Assembly: GCA_964016885.1 (NCBI GenBank)
Contig: OZ024740.1
Location: forward strand, 2,294,001 to 2,358,000
DNA: 64,000 nt
Direction: 5' to 3'
Source of the DNA: Eledone cirrhosa
Lineage: Eukaryota
This document shows positions 53,951 through 64,000 of the stretch, piece by piece; the stretch's first letter is position 1; each line of letters opens with the position of its first letter. The notes under the pieces are model-generated. The model was given only the letters and a program-made list of their open reading frames with translations. It searched no databases and had not been told where the DNA came from. The position numbers and the translations under genes are program-made.

Positions 53951-56649
53951 AGGTGTCACAATAACAAGTATCCAGCCCACACTGTAAAGTGGTCATGTAG
54001 GTGTCACAATAACAAGTATCCAGCCCACACTGTAAAGTCATCATGTAGGTGTCACAATAAAAAGTACCCAGTCCACACTGTAAAGTGGTCATGTAGGTGT
54101 CACAATAAAAAGTATCCAGCCCACACTATAAAGTGGTCATGTAGGTGTCACAATAACAAGTACCCAGTCCACACTATAAAGTGGTCATGTAGGTGTCACA
54201 ATAAAAAGTATGCAGTCCACACTGTAAAGTGGTCATGTAGGTGTCACAATAACAAGTACCCAGTCCACACTATAAAGTGGTCATGTAGGTGTCAGAATAA
54301 AAAGTATGCAGTCCACACTGTAAAGTGGTCATGTAGGTGTCACAATAAAATGTACCCAGACCACACTGTAAAGTGGGCATGTAGGTGTCACAATAAAAAG
54401 TACCCAGCCCACACTGTAAAGTGGTCATGTAGGTGTCACAATAACAAGTACCCAGCCCACACTGTAAAGTGGTCATGTAGGTGTCACAATAGCAAGTACC
54501 CAGTCCACACTATAAAGTGGTCATGTAGGTGTCACAATAAAAAGTACCCAGCCCACACTGTAAAGTGGTCATGTAGGTGTCACAATAACAAGTACCCAGT
54601 CCACACTATAAAGTGGTCATGTAGGTGTCACAATAAAAAGTATGCAGTCCACACTGTAAAGTGGTCATGTAGGTGTCACAATAAAAAGTATCCAGCCCAC
54701 ACTATAAAGTGGTCATGTAGGTGTCACAATAAAAAGTACCCAATCCACACTGTAAAGTGGTCATGAAGGTGTCACAATAAAAAGTATCCAGCCCACACTA
54801 TAAAGTGGTCATGTAGGTGTCACAATAAAAAGTATCCAGCCCACACTATAAAGTGGTCATGTAGGTGTCACAATAGAAAGTATCCAGCCCACACTATAAA
54901 GTGGTCATGTAGGTGTCACAATAACAAGTATACAGCCCACACTATAAAGTGGTCATGTAGGTGTCACAATAACAAGTATCCAGCCCACACTGTAAAGTGG
55001 TCATGTAGGTGTCACAATAACAAGTACCCAGTCCACACTATAAAGTGGTCATGTAGGTGTCACAATAAAAAGTATGCAGTCCACACTGTAAAGTGGTCAT
55101 GTAGGTGTCACAATAAAAAGTATCCAGCCCACACTATAAAGTGGTCATGTAGGTGTCACAATAACAAGTACCCACTCCACACTGTAAAGTGGTCATGTCG
55201 GTGTCACAATAAAAAGTTCCCAAGCCACACTATAAAGTGGTCATGTAGGTGTCACAATAAAAAGTACCCAATCCACACTGTAAAGTGGTCATGTAGGTGT
55301 CACAATAAAAAGTATCCAGTCCACACTGTAAAGTGGTCATGTAGGTGTCACAATAACAAGTACCCAGCCCACACTGTAAAGTGGTCATGTAGGTGTCACA
55401 ATAACAAGTATCCAACCCACACTGTAAAGTGGTCATGTAGGTGTCACAATAAAAAGTATCCAGCCCACACTGTAAAATGGTCATGTACGTGTCACAATAA
55501 AAAGTATCCAGCCCACACTGTAAAGTGGTCATGTAGGTGTCAAAATAAAAAGTACCTGGTCCTCACTATAAAGTGGTCATGTAGGTGTCATAATAAAAAG
55601 TATCCAGCCCACACTGTAAAGTGGTCATGTAGGTGTCACAATAAAAAGTATCCAGTCCACACTGTAAAGTGGTCATGTAGGTGTCACAATGAAAAGTACC
55701 CAGCCCACACTGTAAAGTGGTCATGTAGGTGTCACAATAAAAAGTACCTGGTCCTCACTATAAAGTGTTCATGTAGGTGTCACAATAAAAAGTACCTGGT
55801 CCTCACTGTAAAGTGGTCATGCAGGTGTCAAAATAAAAAGTACCTGGTCCTCACTATAAAGTGGTTATGTAGGTGTCACAATAAAAAGTACCTGGTCCTC
55901 ACTATAAAGTGGTCATGTAGGTGTCACAATAAAAAGTATCCAGCCCACACTATAAAGTGGTCATGTAGGTGTCACAATAGAAAGTACCCAGCCCACACTA
56001 TAAAGTGGTCATGTAGGTGTCACAATAAAAAGTATCCAGTCCACACTGTAAAGTGGTCATGTAGGTGTCACAATGAAAAGTACCCAGCCCACACTGTAAA
56101 GTGGTCATGTAGGTGTCACAATAAAAAGTACCTGGTGCTCACCATAAAGTGTTCATGTCGGTGTCACAATAAAAAGTTCCCAAGCCACACTATAAAGTGG
56201 TCATGTAGGTGTCACAATAAAAAGTATCCAGCCCACACTATAAAGTGGTCATGTAGGTGTCACAATAGAAAGTACCCAGCCCACACTATAAAGTGGTCAT
56301 GTAGGTGTCACAATAAAAAGTATCCAGCCCACACTATAAAGTGGTCATGTAGGTGTCACAATAACAAGTACCCAGTCCACACTATAAAGTGGTCATGTAG
56401 GTGTCACAATAACAAGTACCCAGTCCACACTATAAAGTGGTCATGTAGGTGTCACAATAAAAAGTATCCAGCCCACACTATAAAGTGGTCATGTAGGTGT
56501 CACAATAACAAGTACCCAGCCCACACTATAAAGTGGTCATGTAGGTGTCACAATAGAAAGTACCCAGCCCACACTATAAAGTGGTCATGTGGGTGTCACA
56601 ATAAAAAGTATCCAGCCCACACTATAAAGTGGTCATGTAGGTGTCACAA

Positions 56650-59600
56650 TAACAAGTATCCAGCCCACACTGTAAAGTGGTCATGTAGGTGTCACAATAA
56701 CAAGTACCCAGTCCACACTATAAAGTGGTCATGTAGGTGTCACAATAAAAAGTATGCAGTCCACACTGTAAAGTGGTCATGTTGGTGTCACAATAAAAAG
56801 TATCCAGCCCACACTATAAAGTGGTCATGTAGGTGTCACAATAAAAAGTACCCAATCAACACTGTAAAGTGGTCATGTAGGTGTCACAATAAAAAGTATC
56901 CAGTCCACACTGTAAAGTGGTCATGTAGGTGTCACAATAACAAGTACCCAGCCCACACTGTAAAGTGGTCATGTAGGTGTCACAATAACAAGTATCCAAC
57001 CCACACTGTAAAGTGGTCATGTAGGTGTCACAATAAAAAGTATCCAGCCCACACTGTAAAGTGGTCATGTAGGTGTCAAAATAAAAAGTACCTGGTCCTC
57101 ACTATAAAGTGATCATGTAGGTGTCATAATAAAAAGTATCCAGCCCACACTGTAAAGTGGTCATGTAGGTGTCAAAATAAAAAGTACCTGGTCCTCACTA
57201 TAAAGTGGTCATGTAGGTGTCATAATAAAAAGTATCCAGCCCACACTGTAAAGTGGTCATGTAGGTGTCACAATAAAAAGTATCCAGCCCACACTGTAAA
57301 GTGGTCATGTAGGTGTCAAAATAAAAAGTACCTGGTCCTCACTATAAAGTGGTCATGTAGGTGTCATAATAAAAAGTATCCAGCCCACACTGTAAAGTGG
57401 TCATGTAGGTGTCACAATAAAAAGTATCCAGTCCACACTGTAAAGTGGTCATGTAGGTGTCACAATAAAACGTACCCAGCCCACACTGTAAAGTGGTCAT
57501 GTAGGTGTCACAATAAAAAGTACCTGGTCCTCACTATAAAGTGTTCATGTAGGTGTCACAATAAAAAGTACCTGGTCCTCACTGTAAAGTGGTCATGTAG
57601 GTGTCAAAATAAAAAGTACCTGGTCCTCACTATAAAGTGGTTCTGTAGGTGTCACACTAAAAAGTACCTGGTCCTCACTATAAAGTGGTCATGTAGGTGT
57701 TACAATAAAAAGTATCCAGCCCACACTATAAAGTGGTCATGTAGGTGTCACAATAAAAAGTACCCAGTCCACACTGTAAAGTGGTCATGTAGGTGTCACG
57801 ATAAAAAGTACCCAGTCCACACTGTAAAGTGGTCATGTAGGTGTCACAATAAAAAGTACGTGGTCCACACTGTAACGTGGTCATGTAGGTGTCACAATAA
57901 CAAGTATCCAGCCCACACTATAAAGTGGTCATGTAGGTGTCACAATAACAAGTACCCAGTCCACACTCTAAAGTGGTCATGTAGGTGTCACAATAAAAAG
58001 TACGTGGTCCTCACTATAAAGTGGTTATGTAGGTGTCACAATAAAAAGTATCCAGCCCACACTATAAAGTGGTCATGTAGGTGTCACAATAAAAAGTACC
58101 CAGTCCACACTGTAAAGTGGTCATGTAGGTGTCACAATAACAAGTACCCAGTCCACACTGTAAAGTGGTCATGTAGGTGTCACAATAAAAAGTACCTGGT
58201 CCTCACTATAAAGTGGTCATGTAGGTGTCACAATAAAAAGTACCTGGTCCTCACTATAAAGTGGTCATGTAGGTGTCACAATAACAAGTATCCAGTCCAC
58301 ACTGTAAAGTGGTCATGTAGGTGTCACAATAACAAGTATCCAGCCCACACTGTAAAGTGGTCATGTAGGTGTCACAATAAAAAGTATCCAGTCCACACTG
58401 TAAAGTGGTCATGTAGGTGTCACAATAAAAAGTATCCAGTCCACACTGTAAAGTGGTCATGTAGGTGTCACAATAGAAAGTACCCAGTCCACACTGTAAA
58501 GTGGTCATGTAGGTGTCACAATAAAAAGTACCTGGTCCTCACTATAAAGTGGTCATGTAGGTGTCACAATAAAAATACCCAGTCCACACTGTAAAGTGGT
58601 CATGTAGGTGTCACAATAACAAGTACCCAGTCCACACTGTAAAGTGGTCATGTATGTGTCACAAAAAAAAGTACCCAGTCCACACTATAAAGTGGTCATG
58701 TAGGTGTCACAATAAAAAGTATCCAGTCCACACTATAAAGTGGTCATGAAGGTGTCACAATAAAAAGTACCCATTCCACACTGTAAAGTGGTCATGTAGG
58801 TGCCACAATAATAAGTACCTGGTCCTCACTATAAAGTGGTCATGTAGGTGTCACAATAAAAAGTATCCAGACCACACTGTAAAGTGGTCATGTAGGTGAC
58901 ACAATAAAAAGTAGCTGGTCCTCACTATAAAGTGGTCATGTAGGTGTCACAATAAAAAGTACCCAGTCCTCACTATGAAGTGGTCATGAAGGTGTCACAA
59001 TAAAAAGTACCCAGTCCACACTATAAAGTGGTCATGTAGGTGTCACAATAAAAAGTATCCAGTCCACACTATAAAGTGGTCATGAAGGTGTCACAATAAA
59101 AAGTACCCAGTCCACACTGTAAAGTGGTCATGTAGGTGTCACAATAAAAAGTACCTGCTCCTCACTATAAAGTGGTCATGTAGGTGTCACAATAAAAAGT
59201 ACCCAGTCCACACTGTAAAGTGGTCATGTAGGTGTCACAATAAAAAGTAACTGGTCCACACTGTAACGTGGTCATGTAGGTGTCACAATAACAAGTATCC
59301 AGCCCACACTGTAAAGTGGTCATGTAGGTGTCACAATAACAAGTACCCAGTCCACACTCTAAAGTGGTCGTGTAGGTGTCACAATAAAAAGTACGTGGTC
59401 CTCACTATAAAGTGCTTATGTAGGTGTCACAATAAAAAGTATCCAGCCCACACTGTAAAGTGGTCATGTAGGTGTCACAATAAAAATACCCAGCCCACAC
59501 TATAAAGTGGTCATGTAGGTGTCACAATAACAAGTACCCAGTCCACACTGTAAAGTGGTCATGTCGGTGTCACAATAAAAAGTTCCCAAGCCACACTATA

Positions 59601-62600
59601 AAGTGGTCATGTAGGTGTCACAATAAAAAGTATCCAGCCCACACTGTAAAGTAGTCATGAAGGTGTCACAATAAAAAGTATCCAGCCCACACTATAAAGT
59701 GGTCATGTAGGTGTCACAATAACAAGTACCCAGTCCACACTATAAAGTGGTCATGTAGGTGTCACAATAAAAAGTATGCAGTCCACACTGTAAAGTGGTC
59801 ATGTAGGTGTCACAATAAAAAGTATCCAGCCCACACTATAAAGTGGTCATGTAGGTGTCACAATAAAAAGTACCCAATCCACACTGTAAAGTGGTCATGT
59901 AGGTGTCACAATAAAAAGTATCCAGTCCACACTGTAAAGTGGTCATGTAGGTGTCACAATAACAAGTACCCAGTCCACACTGTAAAGTGGTCATGTATGT
60001 GTCACAAAAAAAAGTACCCAGTCCACACTATAAAGTGGTCATGTAGGTGTCACAATAAAAAGTATCCAGTCCACACTAATAAAGTGGTCATGAAGGTGTC
60101 ACAATAAAAAGTACCCATTCCACACTGTAAAGTGGTCATGTAGGTGCCACAATAATAAGTACCTGGTCCTCACTATAAAGTGGTCATGTAGGTGTCACAA
60201 TAAAAAGTATTCAGACCACACTGTAAAGTGGTCATGTAGGTGACACAATAAAAAGTAGCTGGTCCTCACTATAAAGTGGTCATGTAGGTGTCACAATAAA
60301 AAGTACCCAGTCCTCACTATAAAGTGGTCATGAAGGTGTCACAATAAAAAGTACCCAGCCCACACTATAAAGTGGTTATGTAGCTGTCACAATTAAAAGT
60401 ATCCAGCCCACACTATAAAGTGATCATGTAGGTGTCACAATAAAAAGTTCCCAAGCCACACTATAAAGTGGTCATGTAGGTGTCACAATAAAAAGTATCC
60501 AGCCCACACTGTAAAGTAGTCATGAAGGTGTCACAATAAAAAGTATCCAGCCCACACTATAAAGTGGTCATGTAGGTGTCACAATAAAAAGTATCCAGCC
60601 CACACTATAAAGTGGTCATGTAGGTGTCACAATAGAAAGTACCCAGCCCACACTATAAAGTGGTCATGTAGCTGTCACAATAAAAAGTATCCAGCCCACA
60701 CTATAAAGTGATCATGTAGGTGTCACAATAACAAGTATCCAGCCAGCACTGTAAAGTGGTCATGTAGGTGTCACAATAACAAGTACCCAGTCCACACTAT
60801 AAAGTGGTCATGTAGGTGTCACAATAAAAAGTATGCAGTCCACACTGTAAAGTGGTCATGTAGGTGTCACAATAAAAAGTATCCAGCCCACACTATAAAG
60901 TGGTCATGTAGGTGTCACAATAAAAAGTACCCAATCCACACTGTAAAGTGGTCATGTAGGTGTCACAATAAAAAGTATCCAGTCCACACTGTAAAGTGGT
61001 CATGTAGGTGTCACAATAACAAGTACCCAGCCCACACTGTAAAGTGGTCATGTAGGTGTCACAATAACAAGTATCCAACCCACACTGTAAAGTGGTCATG
61101 TAGGTGTCACAATAAAAAGTATCCAGCCCACACTGTAAAGTGGTCTTGTAGGTGTCAAAATAAAAAGTACCTGGTCCTCACTATAAAGTGGTCATGTAGG
61201 TGTCATAATAAAAAGTATCCAGCCCACACTGTAGAGTGGTCATGTAGGTGTCAAAATAAAAAGTACCTGGTCCTCACTATAAAGTGGTCATGTAGGTGTC
61301 ATAATAAAAAGTATCCAGCCCACACTGTAAAGTGGTCATGTAGGTGTCACAATAAAAAGTATCCAGCCCACACTGTAAAGTGGTCATGTAGGTGTCAAAA
61401 TAAAAAGTACCTGGTCCTCACTATAAAGTGGTCATGTAGGTGTCATAATAAAAAGTATCCAGCCCACACTGTAAAGTGGTCATGTAGGTGTCACAATAAA
61501 AAGTATCCAGTCCACACTGTAAAGTGGTCATGTAGGTGTCACAATAAAAAGTACCCAGCCCACACTGTAAAGTGGTCATGTAGGTGTCACAATAAAAAGT
61601 ACCTGGTCCTCACTATAAAGTGTTCATGTAGGTGTCACAATAAAAAGTACCTGGTCCTCACTGTAAAGTGGTCATGTAGGTGTCAAAATAAAAAGTACCT
61701 GGTCCTCAATATAAAGTGGTTATGTAGGTGTCACACTAAAAAGTACCTGGTCCTCACTATAAAGTGGTCATGTAGGTGTCACAATAAAAAGTATCCAGCC
61801 CACACTATAAAGTGGTCATGTAGGTGTCACAATAAAAAGTACCCAGTCCACACTGTAAAGTGGTCATGTAGGTGTCACGATAAAAAGTATCCAGTCCACA
61901 CTGTAAAGTGGTCATGTAGGTGTCACAATAAAAAGTACCTGGTCCACACTGTAACGTGGTCATGTAGGTGTCACAATAACAAGTATCCAGCCTACACTGT
62001 AAAGTGGTCATGTAGGTGTCACAATAACAAGTACCCAGTCCACACTCTAAAGTGGTCATGTAGGTGTCACAATAAAAAGTACGTGGTCCTCACTATAAAG
62101 TGGTTATGTAGGTGTCACAATAAAAAGTATCCAGCCCACACTATAAAGTGGTCATGTAGGTGTCACAATAAAAAGTACCCAGTCCACACAGTAAAGTGGT
62201 CATGTAGGTGTCACAATAACAAGTACCCAGTCCACACTGTAAAGTGGTCATGTAGGTGTCACAATAAAAAGTACCTGGTCTTCACTATAAAGTGGTCATG
62301 TAGGTGTCACAATAAAAAGTACCTGGTCCTCACTATAAAGTGGTCATGTAGGTGTCACAATAACAAGTATCCAGCCCACACTGTAAAGTGGTCATGTAGG
62401 TGTCACAATAACAAGTATCCAGCCCACACTGTAAAGTGGTCATGTAGGTGTCACAATAAAAAGTACCCAGTCCACACTGTAAAGTGGTCATGTAGGTGTC
62501 ACAATAAAAAGTATCCAGTCCACACTGTAAAGTGGTCATGTAGGTGTCACAATAAAAAGTACCCAGTCCACACTGTAAAGTGGTGATGTAGGTGTCACAA

Positions 62601-63320
62601 GAAAAAGTACCTGGTCCTCACCATAAAGTGGTCATGTAGGTGTCACAATAAAATGTACCCAGTCCACACTGTAAAGTGGTCATGTAGGTGTCACAATAAC
62701 AAGTACCCAGTCCACACTGTAAAGCGGTCATGTATGTGTCACAAAAAAAAGTACCCAGTCCACACTATAAAGTGGTCATGTAGGTGTCACAATAAAAAGT
62801 ATCCATTCCACACTATAAAGTGGTCATGAAGGTGTCACAATAAAAAGTACCCAGTCCACACTGTAAAGTGGTCATGTAGGTGCCACAATAATAAGTACCT
62901 GGTCCTCACTATAAAGTGGTCATGTAGGTGTCACAATAAAAAGTATCCAGTCCACACTGTAAAGTGGTCATGTAGGTGTCACAATAAAAAGTAGCTGGTC
63001 CTCACTATAAAGTGGTCATGTAGGTGTCACAATAAAAAGTACCCAGTCCTCACTATAAAGTGGTCATGAAGGTGTCACAATAAAAAGTACCCAGTCCACA
63101 CTATAAAGTGGTCATGTAGGTGTCACAATAAAAAGTATCCAGTCCACACTATAAAGTGGTCATGAAGGTGTCACAATAAAAAGTACCCAGTCCACACTGT
63201 AAAGTGGTCATGTAGGTGTCACAATAAAAAGTACCTGCTCCTCACTATAAAGTGGTCATGTAGGTGTCACAATAAAAAGTACCCAGTCCACACTGTAAAG
63301 TGGTCATGTAGGTGTCACAA
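56650..63320. repeat. Duplication with 85-monomer (~4080-bp) offset: ~56.7-59.2 kb recurs at ~60.7-63.3 kb (boundaries approximate)
   Basis: TGCCACAATAATAAG occurs at 58801 and 62881. The order of CAAAAT/CATAAT/CACTAAA/TAACGTGG/GTAGCTGG variants is shared. Confidence 0.8.
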
Positions 63321-64000
63321 TAACAAGTATACAGTCAACACTGTAAAGTGGTCATGTAGGTGTCACAATAAAAAGTATCCAGTCCACACTATAAAGTGGT
63401 CATGAAGGTGTCACAATAAAAAGTACCCAATCCACACTATAAAGTGGTCATGTAGGTGTCACAATAACAAGTACCCAGTCCACACTGTAAAGTGTTCATG
63501 TAGGTGTCACAATAACAAGTACCCAGCCCACACTATAAAGTGGTCATGTAGGTGTCACAATAAAAAGTACCCAGTCCACACTGTAAAGTGGTCATGTAGG
63601 TGTCACAATAAAAAGTATCCAGCCCACACTATAAAGTGGTCATGTAGGTGTCACAATAACAAGTACCCAGCCCACACTGTAAAGTGGTCATGAAGGTGTC
63701 ACAATAAAAAGTATCCAGCCCACACTATAAAGTAGTCATGTAGGTGTCACAATAAAAAGTATCCACCCCACACTATAAAGTGGTCATGTAGGTGTCACAA
63801 TAAAAAGTATCCAGTCCACACTATAAAGTGGTCATGTAGGTGTCACAATAAAAAGTATCCAGTCCACACTGTAAAGTGGTCATGAAGGTGTCACAATAAA
63901 AAGTACCCAGTCCACACTATAAAGTGGTCATGTAGGTGTCACAATAAAAAGTATCCAGTCCACACTGTAAAGTGGTCATGTAGGTGTCACAATAAAAAGT

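Larger units (their letters stand above)
1292..64000. repeat. 48-bp satellite/minisatellite tandem array, about 1,300 copies, head-to-tail, runs off the right end of the window
   Basis: Consensus GTCATGTAGGTGTCACAATAA(A/C)AAGTA(C/T)CCAG(T/C)CCACACT(G/A)TAAAGTG recurs every 48 bp with occasional 1-bp indels. (64000-1291)/48 is about 1306. A degenerate partial unit TGTGAAGCAG lies at 1283-1292. No inversion or foreign insertion was seen. Confidence 0.99.

Noticed and set aside
1243-62586. Dozens of repeat-peptide ORFs (MTTLQCGLDTFYCDTY and KWSCRCHNKKYPVHTV) as protein-coding genes, e.g. metallothionein-like or His-tagged proteins
   Set aside because: They follow from a 48-bp period with stop-free frames. 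Starts and stops coincide with monomer variants, 1-bp indels break the frame repeatedly, and the His run is an (ATG)n microsatellite.
1292-64000. CRISPR array (constant segment alternating with a variable segment)
   Set aside because: The variable parts are near-identical alleles of one sequence and not unique spacers. There are no cas genes and the context is eukaryotic.
1292-64000. V(D)J RSS or Transib-like signals (CACACTG ... ACAATAAAA)
   Set aside because: The spacer between the heptamer-like and nonamer-like words is 21 bp, not 12 or 23, and the nonamer match is poor.
1292-64000. Telomeric repeat or ribozyme-containing satellite
   Set aside because: There are no TTAGGG/TTAGG tracts, and the monomer has no CTGANGA/GAAA hammerhead core on either strand.

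Overview
Eukaryotic non-coding DNA, probably cephalopod (octopus-like; inferred from a SINE remnant). The first ~1.29 kb is a mosaic flank. It holds a decayed tRNA-derived SINE head, several microsatellites, a possible decayed zinc-finger fragment and a cluster of type I hammerhead-ribozyme motifs of the Penelope-like/retrozyme kind. Two hammerheads are well formed on the minus strand (761-815 and 1051-1139) and a third is degenerate on the plus strand (148-189). From 1292 to the window end lies one uninterrupted, single-orientation tandem array of a 48-bp monomer (about 1,300 copies; consensus GTCATGTAGGTGTCACAATAAAAAGTACCCAGTCCACACTGTAAAGTG). The array has a constant half and a variable half, a homogeneous edge, and nested internal duplications with offsets from 480 bp to ~17.9 kb. 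No supportable protein-coding gene is present. The many ORFs in the track arise because the 48-bp unit is 16 codons and has a stop-free frame on each strand.
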